Positions 40,095 to 49,982 of a DNA stretch of 64,000 nt are shown in pieces (the first letter of the stretch is position 1; every line of letters begins with the position of its first letter). The notes beneath the pieces are model-generated. The model had not been told where the DNA came from and did not search any database. It worked only from the letters and a program-made list of their open reading frames with translations. Origin of the DNA: Myxococcota bacterium (GTDB lineage: Bacteria; Myxococcota_A; UBA9042; PHBI01; JAWLBL01); NCBI GenBank assembly GCA_041687695.1, contig JAWLBL010000007.1:225135-289134 (forward strand), given 5' to 3'. The position numbers were made by a program, and so were the translations under genes.

Positions 40095-40289
40095 GCGCCG
40101 CGGTGCCCGGGCCGACCGCGTGGCGAGCGCTCGGCGGCGCGACATGGGGCGCGCCCGCCACGGCCTGCTGTGTGCAAAGACGCTACACCTGTCGCGCCCG
40201 CGCCCTGGGTTGCCCGCCGTGGCGCCCGGCTGCTACAGCTGGTCGGGGGCGCCGCCGCGAGCTGGGGCGCCCGAGGAGCGCGACGCGAC

Positions 40290-41240
40290 ATGAACCGCCC
40301 CGACCCGCAGCGCCGCAAGGCGATGAAGAAGGCCTACCTGGCCGAGCACGGCCGCCGATCGCACACGCGCAGGATCGTCGCGCATCCGCTGACCTGGGTG
40401 CTGGCCATCCCCTTGGTGGTCACGGCCTGGCGGGCGCTCGGCCTGGGGCTCACCGGCGGCGAGCTGCTGGCGACCCTGGCGCAGGATCTCATCGTCACGG
40501 TGCTGTTCGTCCTGGTCCTCACCTTCAACCCGCTCGAACGGCCCATCGTCTACCGCACCCTCTGGGTCGCCTTCAGCGCCGCCTTCCTGGCCGCCGAGCC
40601 CCCCAGCGGCGGCCTCGAGTGGTTCGGCACCATCGTCGCCCTGCTGATGGTCGGCGAGCTCTTCCCGCGCCTGCACCACCTGGTCCCGCTGGTCGCCCTG
40701 GGCCTGTTCGCCGCCTACTTCATCGTCATCGGCGTCATGGCCCCGCTGATGGACCGCGACGCGGCCAGCGAGGTCCTGGCCGGCGACAACCCGCTGAACG
40801 TCGGCGGCGCCTACCTGCATGGCGCCCTGGGGGCCGACCGCTTCTCGGTCGCCATCCAGTCCGCGCGCTGGTTTTTGGCCCCCGACGCCCAGCTCGGCGA
40901 GCGCGTCGCCGCCACGGGCGCCCTGCACGCCGCCATGCGCGAGCGCCTCGACGCCGCCGGCCTGAGCTACCTCGAGTGGGACCGGCTGTCCGGCGCCGTG
41001 GATCTCCAGGACGGCGGCCGCGCCACCGTCCGCTTCCGCGGCCGCGTCCCCGGCTACCTGGCCGACGAGCCGCCCACGCCGGTCGGCCCCACCGTCCCCG
41101 CCCAGGGCCGCCTGTCCAACGCCGTCGCGGTCGACGTCAGCCCCTTCGAGGTCACGTTCGCCCGCGCCGAGGACGGCCGCTACCGCGTCCAGACCTTCCC
41201 GGCCGCCATCGACTTCGCCATCGCGCGCCCCGCGCCCTGA
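40290..41240 (+). CDS. Hypothetical membrane protein
   Basis: GAGGAG RBS, several hydrophobic helices then a soluble C-terminal domain. Confidence 0.7.
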   Translation: MNRPDPQRRKAMKKAYLAEHGRRSHTRRIVAHPLTWVLAIPLVVTAWRALGLGLTGGELLATLAQDLIVTVLFVLVLTFNPLERPIVYRTLWVAFSAAFLAAEPPSGGLEWFGTIVALLMVGELFPRLHHLVPLVALGLFAAYFIVIGVMAPLMDRDAASEVLAGDNPLNVGGAYLHGALGADRFSVAIQSARWFLAPDAQLGERVAATGALHAAMRERLDAAGLSYLEWDRLSGAVDLQDGGRATVRFRGRVPGYLADEPPTPVGPTVPAQGRLSNAVAVDVSPFEVTFARAEDGRYRVQTFPAAIDFAIARPAP

Positions 41241-41258
41241 GGGGCGCGGCCCGCCGCC

Positions 41259-41966
41259 TCAGCACTTCACCGTCTTGCGCTTGGCGCCCACGCTGCCCCG
41301 CGCCTCGATCTTCTCGAGGTAGGGCACCGCGTCGGGCACCTTGCACGCCGTCCCGCCCATGTCGACGCGCACCTTGCCGTACGCCGCCGCCGCGGCCTTG
41401 GCCTTGGCGTTCAGCGGCGCGACGTAGGCCCCGACCGCGATGACGAACCCGTTCATGCAGTAGCGCACCCGGTTGGGCGCCTCGTGGATGCCCGCCGCGA
41501 TGCGGTCGACGAGCCCCTCGATCTCGGCCAGATCCAGCGCCGCGTCCGGCGTCAGCGCGAGCAGCCCCGCGTAGGTGCACCACCCCGCGCAGGCCACGCG
41601 CTCGTGGGGCGACCCGATCCACTCCAGCGCCAGCTCCCGCGCGTAGGGGCTCTCGGCCGCGACCCACGCCACGGTGTACTCCGCGATCATGGTCCAGGGC
41701 GCCGCGCCGGCCCACGCGCGCAGCTGCTCGCGCGTCATCCGCTTGCCGTCCGCCACCAGCCCGGCCAGGTACATCGCGTCCGAGTTCCCGGTCGCGTACA
41801 GCGCCAGCGCCAGCTCCTGCCGGCCCTTCAGCTTCTTGGCGATGGGCTTGAGATCCCCCACCTTCACCCCGAACGCGCCGGCCGGCAGCCCGTGCTTGGA
41901 CAGCGTCTTGCGCGTCTGCTCGCTGCCGAGCCGCTCCAGCTCGGCCATCACCTCGCTCAGCTCCAT
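41259..41966 (-). CDS. DNA alkylation repair protein (AlkD-like HEAT fold)
   Basis: FGVKVGDLK.IAKK, LALALYATGN.DAMYLAG, V.VDMG.TACKVP.A motifs. Confidence 0.85.
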   Translation of the reverse strand: MELSEVMAELERLGSEQTRKTLSKHGLPAGAFGVKVGDLKPIAKKLKGRQELALALYATGNSDAMYLAGLVADGKRMTREQLRAWAGAAPWTMIAEYTVAWVAAESPYARELALEWIGSPHERVACAGWCTYAGLLALTPDAALDLAEIEGLVDRIAAGIHEAPNRVRYCMNGFVIAVGAYVAPLNAKAKAAAAAYGKVRVDMGGTACKVPDAVPYLEKIEARGSVGAKRKTVKC

Positions 41967-42203
41967 CTCCCACCCCTCGCTTCGCTCACGGCGCGCTCCG
42001 ACACCCGACCCATCCAGGTCCCCGGTCGCGGCGCGCATTGTCGGCCCCGCGGGGCCTCGGTTCAATGCGCCGCCCGCGCGCGCCGAAACCCGGCGATTGT
42101 TCACCCTGGCGAACGATGCGTCGCCCGCACCCCGCCTACCGCCGCCCCGCGGTCGGCGCTAGCTTCGACTCATCCCGATCACCCCACACACGGAGCCGAA
42201 GCG

Positions 42204-42935
42204 ATGATCACCCTCCGCCCCGCCGCCGAGCGCGGCGCCGCCGACCACGGCTGGCTGGACACGCGCCACACCTTCTCCTTCGCCAACTACTACGACCCCC
42301 GCCACATGGGCTTTCGCGCCCTGCGTGTCATCAACGACGACCGCGTCGCCCCCGGGGCCGGCTTCCCGACGCACCCCCACCGCGACATGGAGATCCTCAC
42401 CTGGGTCGTCGAGGGGGCCATCGCCCACCGCGACAGCATGGGCCACGGCGCCGTGGTGCGCGCCAGCGAGCTGCAGCGCATGACCGCTGGCACGGGCGTG
42501 ACCCACAGCGAGTTCAACGCCTCGGGCACCGACCCGCTGCGCTTTCTGCAGATCTGGATCGTCCCCGAGGCCCGCGGCCTCGAGCCCGGCTACGAGCAGC
42601 GCCCGTTCGGCCCCGACGCCACCCGCGGCCGCCTGCGGCTCGTCGCCTCGCCGGACGGCGCCGACGGCTCGCTGACCCTCCACCAGGACGCGCGCCTGTA
42701 CGTCACCCGCCTGCCGCCCGGCGCGCAGGTCGAGCACACCCTGGCTCCGGGCCGCCACGCCTGGGTCCAGGTCGCCCGCGGCGCCGTCCGGCTGGGCGAC
42801 CTCACGCTGCGCGAGGGCGACGGCGCGGCCCTGTCCGACGAGCCCGCCGTGCGCCTCGAGGGGCTCGCCGCCGCCGACGTCCCCGGGGCCACCGAGGCCC
42901 CCGAGGCAGAGATTCTGCTGTTCGACCTCGCGTGA
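42204..42935 (+). CDS. Pirin family protein (YhhW-like)
   Basis: HGWLDTRHTFSFA.YYDP, HPHRDMEI, MTAGTGVTHSE, LQIWI. Confidence 0.95.
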   Translation: MITLRPAAERGAADHGWLDTRHTFSFANYYDPRHMGFRALRVINDDRVAPGAGFPTHPHRDMEILTWVVEGAIAHRDSMGHGAVVRASELQRMTAGTGVTHSEFNASGTDPLRFLQIWIVPEARGLEPGYEQRPFGPDATRGRLRLVASPDGADGSLTLHQDARLYVTRLPPGAQVEHTLAPGRHAWVQVARGAVRLGDLTLREGDGAALSDEPAVRLEGLAAADVPGATEAPEAEILLFDLA

Positions 42936-42993
42936 GGCGCGCCGGGGGGGCCCGTGCGATGGTGGACCCTCCCCGCAGCACCCCGAGGTCCCC

Positions 42994-44130
42994 ATGCGCA
43001 CGGTCCCCCGGCTCGCGTGGCTCGACGTCCGCTTCGCGGCGACAGGGCTCGCCGTGGCCGCCTCGCTCGCGGTCGCCTGCGGCCCGCGCGGCGTCCAGCT
43101 CCACACCATCGATCTGCCGCCCGGCTTCACCATCGGCGCCTTCTCGACCGACACCCCGGGCGCCCGCTCGCTCGCGGTCGGCCCGGGCGGCACCGTCTTC
43201 GTCGGCACCCGCGACGAGGGCCGGGTCTACGCCCTGCAGGACCTCGACGGCGACGGCCGCGCCGACCGCACCTTCGTCGTCGCCGAGGGCCTCCGCTCAC
43301 CCAACGGCGTCGCCGTCCACGAGGGCGCCCTCTTCGTCGCCGAGATCGGCCGCATCCTGCGCTTCGAGAACGTCGAGCAGCGCCTCGGGCCGCCCCTGCC
43401 GCCCGCCGTCGTCTTCGACCAGTACCCCGACGCCGCGCGGCACGGCTGGAAGTTCATCGCCTTCGGCCCGGACGGGCTGCTCTACGTCCCGGTCGGCGCC
43501 CCCTGCGACGCCTGCCTCAGCCCCGAGCCCATCTTCGCCACCCTCACCCGCCTGCGCCCCGACGGCACCGGCTTCGAGGTCTTCGCCCACGGCGTCCGCA
43601 ACACCGTCGGCTTCGACTGGCACCCCACCACCGGCGAGCTGTGGTTCACCGACAACGGCCGCGACTGGCTCGGCGCCGACATCCCGCCCGACGAGCTGAA
43701 CCGCGCCTCGGGGCCCGGCCTGCACTTCGGCTTCCCCTTCTGCCACGGCGCCGACCTCCCCGACCCCGAGGTGCGCGGCCCCCGCAGCTGCGAGGACACC
43801 CAGCCGCCCGAGGCGGCCCTCGGCCCCCACGTCGCCGCCCTGGGCATGCGCTTTTACACCGGGACGATGTTCCCGCCCGAGTACCGCGGCCAGATCTTCA
43901 TCGCCGAGCACGGCAGCTGGAACCGCGCCGACCCCATCGGCTACCGCGTCACCCTGGTGACCCTCGGCGACGACGGCCGCGTGCGCGACTATCTGCCGTT
44001 CGCCGTCGGCTTCCGGCAGCCCATGGGGACCTGGGGCCGCCCGGTGGACGTCCAGGTCATGCCCGACGGGGCGCTGCTGGTCTCGGACGACCACGCCGGC
44101 GCCGTCTACCGCATCGCCTACGCCCCGTGA
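42994..44130 (+). CDS. PQQ-dependent sugar / L-sorbosone dehydrogenase family lipoprotein
   Basis: Lipobox LAVAC, HGWKFIAFGPDG.LY, GVRNTVGFDW, AEHGSWNR, GRPVDV...DG.LLVSDD. Confidence 0.9.
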   Translation: MRTVPRLAWLDVRFAATGLAVAASLAVACGPRGVQLHTIDLPPGFTIGAFSTDTPGARSLAVGPGGTVFVGTRDEGRVYALQDLDGDGRADRTFVVAEGLRSPNGVAVHEGALFVAEIGRILRFENVEQRLGPPLPPAVVFDQYPDAARHGWKFIAFGPDGLLYVPVGAPCDACLSPEPIFATLTRLRPDGTGFEVFAHGVRNTVGFDWHPTTGELWFTDNGRDWLGADIPPDELNRASGPGLHFGFPFCHGADLPDPEVRGPRSCEDTQPPEAALGPHVAALGMRFYTGTMFPPEYRGQIFIAEHGSWNRADPIGYRVTLVTLGDDGRVRDYLPFAVGFRQPMGTWGRPVDVQVMPDGALLVSDDHAGAVYRIAYAP

Positions 44131-44164
44131 CCTTGGCGGGCCGCCCGCGGGTGCCCCGTGAGGG

Positions 44165-45391
44165 TCACTCGACCCGCGGCAGCGACCACTCGCGGCCGGT
44201 CGCCACGTCCTTGAGCCACAGCGTCTCGGGCCCGGCGGTGACGCGGAACAGGAAGACCTCCTCGCGACCCTTGGCCGGGATCAGCACGATCTGCCCGTTG
44301 GTGACCTCGTATCGGCCAGCGCGCACGACGCTGGGGCAGGGCGGCTTGCCGCAGGTCCGCTGGGCCTGCCAGGTGTAGGTGCCCGCCTGGTCGAAGCGCA
44401 CCGTCGTCCCGCCGCCGTCCCAGCGGCCGAGCATCGCGTCGGGGCCGGTCAGGTCCTTGGCGGTGGTGACCAGCGACAGGGCCTCGAGCGCGGCCTGCCG
44501 CCGCAGGCAGCCGGCGCGGTTGCGCGCGTAGTAGTCCTTGAAGTCGGGGCTCGCCAGCGCCCGGTCGTACCAGGGCAGCGCCTCGGCGTAGCGCCCCGAG
44601 GCGTCGAGCAGGGCCGCCAGGTTGTGCATCGCGCTCGCGCTCTTGGGGTGCGCCGCGGCGAAGGCCTCCATCTTGCCGAGGGCGACCTCGACGTGGCCCT
44701 CCTCGGCCAGCTCGAGGATGCGCTCCTGCCGGTCGTCGTCGTCGTCGAGCTCGATGGTCATGCGCACGCGGCGCGGCGTGATGGTCGCCAGCAGGCGCGC
44801 GATGGCGTCCTGGGCGGCCGCCGCGGCGATGGTGTCCGGCGGGTCGTTGCTGTCGTACACGACGGCCGAGCCGAAGAACTCGGCGTCGAGCAGCGGCGCG
44901 CGCCCGTCGACCTCGGCGGCGGTGACCTGCAGCGCCACCTCGCCGGCCATCTTGCGCCGCGTGCGCGCGACCTTCTTCACGTGCTTGACGCCGTCCTTCT
45001 CGAACTCCTTCTCGACGTAGTCGCGGACCACCTCGGCGTTGACGCCCCAGTGCGTCACGGCGACCTGCAGCAGGATCTCGCCCTCCTGCTGGCCCGCCTT
45101 GCCGCCCACGACGGCCACCCGGTCGCCGCCCTGCGGCTGCAGGTGCATCCGCTCGCCGGTCCGATCGACCACGACGTACCAGCCGGCGTTGCCGGCCTGG
45201 CGCGCGACCTCGGAGACGACCAGCGCCCGCACGTCCGGGCGGGCCTGCACGTCCGTCAGCGACAGCCGGTCGGCCGCGCCGAAGCTGACCGGCGCCGGCT
45301 CGAGCGTCACGACCGACAGCCGCGTCGAGCACCCCGAGGCCAGCCAAGCCAACGCCAGCACCCACCCCATCCAAGCGAACCGTGCGCGCAT
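44165..45391 (-). CDS. TPR-containing lipoprotein
   Basis: Lipobox LASGC; TPR-like AMHNLA..L...GRY.EAL.WY.RAL. Confidence 0.7.
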   Translation of the reverse strand: MRARFAWMGWVLALAWLASGCSTRLSVVTLEPAPVSFGAADRLSLTDVQARPDVRALVVSEVARQAGNAGWYVVVDRTGERMHLQPQGGDRVAVVGGKAGQQEGEILLQVAVTHWGVNAEVVRDYVEKEFEKDGVKHVKKVARTRRKMAGEVALQVTAAEVDGRAPLLDAEFFGSAVVYDSNDPPDTIAAAAAQDAIARLLATITPRRVRMTIELDDDDDRQERILELAEEGHVEVALGKMEAFAAAHPKSASAMHNLAALLDASGRYAEALPWYDRALASPDFKDYYARNRAGCLRRQAALEALSLVTTAKDLTGPDAMLGRWDGGGTTVRFDQAGTYTWQAQRTCGKPPCPSVVRAGRYEVTNGQIVLIPAKGREEVFLFRVTAGPETLWLKDVATGREWSLPRVE

Positions 45392-45436
45392 GCGTCACCT
45401 CCCGCGTGCCGGCATAGGCCGCGCCGCCTGGGCTTG

Positions 45437-46027
45437 TCAAACGGCGCCGGCGATCGCCTGCGATCGGGTCAGGACCAGGCCCAACGAGCCGCCCGGCCGG
45501 AGCGCGACGACCAGCAGGAGGTCGGGCGCCGTCCGGGTCACGATGAGGTGCAGATCCTCGGCGGTCACGATGGCCTGAAGGCCCGCCGAGGCCGGACCTT
45601 CGATGGCGCGCGCCGCCATCAGCCGCGTGGCGCTGGCCTCGAGCCAACCCGCCGCGGCCACGCCGAGGTCCCGTTCGTCGACGCCGTCCTCGGGGGCGAG
45701 GGAGGTCGAGGCCAACACCTCACCCCGCACGGCGCCGATGCAGGTCAGGGAGAGGCAGCCCCGGACGCCGCGCAGGTCGGCCACGGCGCGCGCCAGGAGC
45801 GCTTGGACGCGCTCGTGACGCACGCTCGGCGGCGGCGCCACCGGCGGCTCGGCCCCACGATCCCGCCGCGGGTGCCAGGTGCCCGTGTTGCGGGGCGTCA
45901 AGGCCGGCCTCGCCACGGGCGCGGTCGGCGCGTCCGGGACAGGGCGGGCCCTCGAGGCCCGCCCCCGCCACACCACGACGCCCACCGCCAGGGCCGCCAG
46001 GGCCACGACGAGCAGGGCGACGGTCAT
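45437..46027 (-). CDS. Membrane-anchored protein with a C-terminal Roadblock/LC7-like domain
   Basis: N-terminal TM helix, Pro-rich linker, alpha-beta-beta-alpha-beta-beta-beta-alpha pattern ending SLGLVL..S. Confidence 0.55.
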   Translation of the reverse strand: MTVALLVVALAALAVGVVVWRGRASRARPVPDAPTAPVARPALTPRNTGTWHPRRDRGAEPPVAPPPSVRHERVQALLARAVADLRGVRGCLSLTCIGAVRGEVLASTSLAPEDGVDERDLGVAAAGWLEASATRLMAARAIEGPASAGLQAIVTAEDLHLIVTRTAPDLLLVVALRPGGSLGLVLTRSQAIAGAV

Positions 46028-46067
46028 GAGGGCTTCGCGTCCCCCACGAGGCTCTGTCGTCCGCCGC

Positions 46068-46472
46068 TCAGAGCGCGTCCTCGACGCTCGCGACCGCCAT
46101 GCGGCTCTTGGCGATCACCATGCCCACGTTGGCGCTCTTGCGCGTCACCCACACCGTCACGTGGTCCTGGGTGCGCTTGCAGCGCTGGAAGACGTGGATC
46201 AGGTTGTCGCTGAAGATGATGAGCTCCTGGAAGTAGTGGTGACCGTCGTCCTTGAGGCCGCGGTTCTTCTTGAACATGCGCTCGATGGCGCTGACGTTCG
46301 GGCCCTGGAAGAGGTCGGCCGTCGCCGCGGCGACCAGATCGAGCACGTCGCTCGGGTGCGACTCGACCGTCTTCACGCCCAGCAGCATGCCCGTGGACAT
46401 GTCCACGTAGCCGGCGGCGACGCACTCGGGGATCGTCTGCATGGCGCGTTGGAGGGCAGCATCCAATGACAT
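46068..46472 (-). CDS. Roadblock/LC7 (MglB-like) protein
   Basis: IPECVAAGYVDMSTGMLL, FQELIIFSDNLIHVF, ANVGMVIAKSR pattern; AGGAG RBS. Confidence 0.7.
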   Translation of the reverse strand: MSLDAALQRAMQTIPECVAAGYVDMSTGMLLGVKTVESHPSDVLDLVAAATADLFQGPNVSAIERMFKKNRGLKDDGHHYFQELIIFSDNLIHVFQRCKRTQDHVTVWVTRKSANVGMVIAKSRMAVASVEDAL

Positions 46473-46497
46473 TCTCTACTCCTGTTGCAGTGCACGA

Positions 46498-47925
46498 TTA
46501 GCGGCTCGACAGGGCCCCAGCGGGCCCGGCCCCCCACGCCCCGGCCGTGCGGCCGCCGGGTTCGTCGGGACGCTCCGGCGAGGCGAGCCCGCGCTCGCTC
46601 CGCCAGGACTCGTAGCGGCGCAGGAACTGCTCCTGCACCTCGGATTGCACCCAGCGCGGCTCGACGGTCCGCGCCGCGGTCAGCGCCTCGGCGGCCGTCC
46701 TGCCGTGGTGGACGAGCCAGGCGGCGAGCAGCGTGCCCGTCCGCCCGAGGCCCGCCTTGCAGTGCAGGGCGACCACATCGCCCGCCGCCAGGCGCCGATC
46801 CACCTCGTCGAGGAAGGCGGCGGCCTCCGGCAGGCCGGGCGCCTGCATGTCGTCCATCGGCAGGGCGAGGGCCCCGAGGCCGAAGGGCGCGAGCGCTTCG
46901 AGGGGGAAGCGCCGCTCGGTCAGCGAGGCCAGCACCGTCACCCCGACCCCGCGCAGGCGCGTCAGGGCGAGGTCGCGCTCCTCGAGGACGCCGGGCGCGG
47001 GCGTGCCGGCCAGGCGGCCGGGGACCAGCCACCTGAACCCGCGCGGCGGCGACGTCGGCCGACCGGAGCGGTCGAGCGGGGCGGGCGCGGCGTCCTCGGG
47101 TGCGCGCGCGGCTCGGGGCCGCTCGGCGGTGTCGGCCGCGCGGCCGACGAACTCGGGGTCGAGCTCGTCCTCGGAGGCGTCGGGCGAGGCCACCAGGCAG
47201 CCGCCGGTGCGGACGTATTGCTGCGCGGCCGCCGACCGAGGCGTCTCGAAGAAGGCCTCGGTCGGCCGGTGCTCGTGGATGCGCCCGGCCGCGAGGAGGG
47301 CGACCGACCGGGCGACCCGGCGGGCGTGGCGCTGATGGTGGGTGACGAACAGGACGGCGCGCCGCGAGGCCTCGCGTTCGACGAGGGCCAGCAAGGGCTC
47401 GGCCTCGTCGTCCTCGAGCCCCGCCGTGGGCTCGTCGAGGCAGACCAGGGCGGGGTCGGCCAACAGGGCCCGGACGAACATGGCGCAGGCCCGGTCGGCG
47501 CGGGACAGGGCGACCACGTCCTCGTCGAGGCGCCCCGCGAGGGCCTCGAGGCCACGCTCGGAGAGCTGCCGCCGCAGCCGATCGCGCAGCTCGACCCGCG
47601 TGAGGGTGTCGCGCTGCGGCATGACCTCGGCCAGCGCGTCGTACAGCGGGGCCACCATGGCCCGTGCGTTCTGAGCGACCATCTCGGGGCGCATGGCCGC
47701 CCCGAGAGGCTGGCCCAGGTAGTCGGCGCATCCGGTCCAGCCGGCGTCGCGGAGCGAGGGGGTGAGGCCGCAGATCGTGCGCAGGAGCGTGGACTTGCCC
47801 GAGCCGCCGGGGCCCATCAGGGCGACGACGCCGCGGCTGGGGACGTCCAGATCGACCCCGTGGAGGATGCGGCGCGCGCCGATGGAGACCCCGAAGCCGC
47901 GAAGGGACAGCACCGGCGCGGTCAC
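46498..47925 (-). CDS. ABC-type ATPase fused to a dual-specificity/tyrosine phosphatase
   Basis: GPGGSGKST, VCLDEPT, VTHH; C-terminal FRWLVPGRLAG..P, PMDDMQAP and HCKAGLGRTG (CX5R); GTG start overlaps the upstream stop. Confidence 0.88.
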   Translation of the reverse strand: MTAPVLSLRGFGVSIGARRILHGVDLDVPSRGVVALMGPGGSGKSTLLRTICGLTPSLRDAGWTGCADYLGQPLGAAMRPEMVAQNARAMVAPLYDALAEVMPQRDTLTRVELRDRLRRQLSERGLEALAGRLDEDVVALSRADRACAMFVRALLADPALVCLDEPTAGLEDDEAEPLLALVEREASRRAVLFVTHHQRHARRVARSVALLAAGRIHEHRPTEAFFETPRSAAAQQYVRTGGCLVASPDASEDELDPEFVGRAADTAERPRAARAPEDAAPAPLDRSGRPTSPPRGFRWLVPGRLAGTPAPGVLEERDLALTRLRGVGVTVLASLTERRFPLEALAPFGLGALALPMDDMQAPGLPEAAAFLDEVDRRLAAGDVVALHCKAGLGRTGTLLAAWLVHHGRTAAEALTAARTVEPRWVQSEVQEQFLRRYESWRSERGLASPERPDEPGGRTAGAWGAGPAGALSSR

Positions 47926-49016
47926 TGCGCCCCCTGGGGAGCGTCGTCTTCCGGCATGAGGGCGCGCTGGGCCAGGGCGATGATGCGCCCCATGCTGACG
48001 GGGGAGTGGCGCGTCAGGGACAGCTGCTTCGGGCCGACGGCGCAGGTCCAGAAGGCGTCGGCGTGCACCAGCGTGAACAGGCGCGTGTCGGCCGAGATCC
48101 CGATCTCGCGCAGCCACTCCGAGGTCGCGGCGAGCGCCAGGGCCGACTTGGTCGCGGCGATGAGGGGCACCACCGACGGGCCGCTCGGCGGCAGGCTCCC
48201 GACCGGCAGGACGCCGCCCGTCGGGAGCCGCCGCAGCAGCCAGCCGTCCTCGGCGTGCGGGGCCAGGGCGCGGTGGACCCGATGGGCGCCGTCTTCCGGC
48301 GGCGGCCCCAGGGTCGCGGTCAGGGCCGCCAGCAGCTCGGCCGGCGTGAACGCCAGGAAGTCGGGAGGCAGGGGCGGCAGCGGCATCTGACGGATCTGGA
48401 CCGAGGTGCCGTCGAGGTGCTCGAGGACATAGAGCAGGGCCCGCGCGGTGAGCCGCCTCAGGGCCTCGAGCTCCGCCGGATCGTTCGTGGGGCGCGGGGC
48501 GTAGGCGAGGTTGACGCTGCGGGGCCCGGGCGGGCCGTCCTGGTGCATCGCGAGCAGCTGGCTCGCGAGATCGGGGGCTTGCTGCCCGAGCGCACCGTCC
48601 ACGTACAGGCGGCCTCCGAAGCGGATGCCGAAGCAGACGCGCCCCTCGGTCACCGTCAGGGCGGCGAGCGGGTGGCGAGTGGACGAGACGAAGACCAGAT
48701 CGTGCACGACCCCGGTCTGCGGGTGCGTGCCCTCGACGAAGCGCAGCAGCCGGAGCAGGCTCTCGAGGGTGCGGCCGGCCCGCTCGCCGCTCGGGGCGGT
48801 CCGGGTCCGGCGTCGCTTCACGGGAGGCCCCTCACTCTTGGCCGTGGCCGTGGGGGCCGGGCGCTGCGGGCCCCCGGCCGCCGCGGGCAGCGGAGGCGGA
48901 ACCTGGGGCGCCCTGGAGGCGGCGCGTTGCGGCGCCGTCGGCTGCCTGTCGACCTGCGGCGCCGTCGCGGCGCGGGCCGCGTTACCGCGAGGGCTCTCGG
49001 GCTCCTGCTGCGTCAC
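47922..49016 (-). CDS. Hypothetical protein (possible PATAN/DUF4388-like and degenerate Roadblock-like regions)
   Basis: Translationally coupled to the ABC-phosphatase gene; Pro/Ala-rich N-terminus; start inferred. Confidence 0.6.
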   Translation of the reverse strand: MTQQEPESPRGNAARAATAPQVDRQPTAPQRAASRAPQVPPPLPAAAGGPQRPAPTATAKSEGPPVKRRRTRTAPSGERAGRTLESLLRLLRFVEGTHPQTGVVHDLVFVSSTRHPLAALTVTEGRVCFGIRFGGRLYVDGALGQQAPDLASQLLAMHQDGPPGPRSVNLAYAPRPTNDPAELEALRRLTARALLYVLEHLDGTSVQIRQMPLPPLPPDFLAFTPAELLAALTATLGPPPEDGAHRVHRALAPHAEDGWLLRRLPTGGVLPVGSLPPSGPSVVPLIAATKSALALAATSEWLREIGISADTRLFTLVHADAFWTCAVGPKQLSLTRHSPVSMGRIIALAQRALMPEDDAPQGAQ

Positions 49017-49214
49017 TGGTCCGTCCCCCCACATGCCTCGGACGCGACGCTCCGACGCTTTTCGAGCGACGGCGCGGCGGCGCCCCCCTGACCACCGGCT
49101 CACCAGATACCCACGACCGGGCGCGCCGGACCATGACGCCCTTGCATCATTTTGAGCCGCTGATTCAGGTGCATCGCGGCGTGATGCACGTCCCGGGGCG
49201 ACGCTCGGCGTTCG

Positions 49215-49982
49215 TCAGGTGGGGACGATCCAGCCGCGCCGGAGCGCCAGGGCCACCGCCTCGATGCGGCTGTGCACCCCGAGCTTGGCGAGGATGTTCT
49301 GGACGTGGTTGCGGACCGTGACGCGGCTGATGCACAGCTCGCTCGCGATGTCTTCGGTGCCCAGGCCTTGCGCCAGCAGCCCCAGGATCTCCATCTCGCG
49401 CGGCGTCAGCCCCGAGTCGTCGTGGCCGCGCTCGGCAGCCGGCGCCGGCCGTGGGGCCCCGGCCTTCGGCGCGTCCGGGCGCGCGGCCGGCGCGTCGGGG
49501 AGCGTCGTCGCGGCTGGGGGCGAGCGCTCGGCGGCGGCGATGGCCCGCGGGCAGCCGGGGATCGGCTGCCCCGGCTGGCCCTCGGGGCACGTCGCGACCG
49601 CCTCGGGGGCGACCTGCTCGCGGGGCGCGAGCTCATAGACCAGCAGGGGCAGGTCGGCGCCCGGGCCGAGGATGTGGTGCACCAGGACGCGCATGGCCCG
49701 CCGCCCTTCGGGCGTGGTCACGAGCATCTCGAACGGCCGCACCGGCTCGCCGTCGTCTCGCATGCGCACGATCGCGCAGCCAGGCATGCAGAAGCGGTTC
49801 CCGAAGGGATCGCGGCCCTGCAGGAGGTCGAAGCAGTGCCGCCCGATCGCCGCGTCCGCCGGGATGCCGAGGCATGACTCGCAGCCCTTGGACCACACGA
49901 GGACGCGGGTGCTGCGGTCGGTGACGAAGACGCACCGGTCGAGCTCGCGGGTGCCCTCGAGCATGGCCTTGAGCATCAACAA
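49215..49982 (-). CDS. PAS domain + LuxR-type HTH transcriptional regulator
   Basis: VFVTD...VLVW...E..LG....AIGRHCF PAS with FC..GC; LTPREMEIL.LLAQG....IA.EL.IS..TVRNHVQNIL.KL. Confidence 0.9.
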   Translation of the reverse strand: MLMLKAMLEGTRELDRCVFVTDRSTRVLVWSKGCESCLGIPADAAIGRHCFDLLQGRDPFGNRFCMPGCAIVRMRDDGEPVRPFEMLVTTPEGRRAMRVLVHHILGPGADLPLLVYELAPREQVAPEAVATCPEGQPGQPIPGCPRAIAAAERSPPAATTLPDAPAARPDAPKAGAPRPAPAAERGHDDSGLTPREMEILGLLAQGLGTEDIASELCISRVTVRNHVQNILAKLGVHSRIEAVALALRRGWIVPT

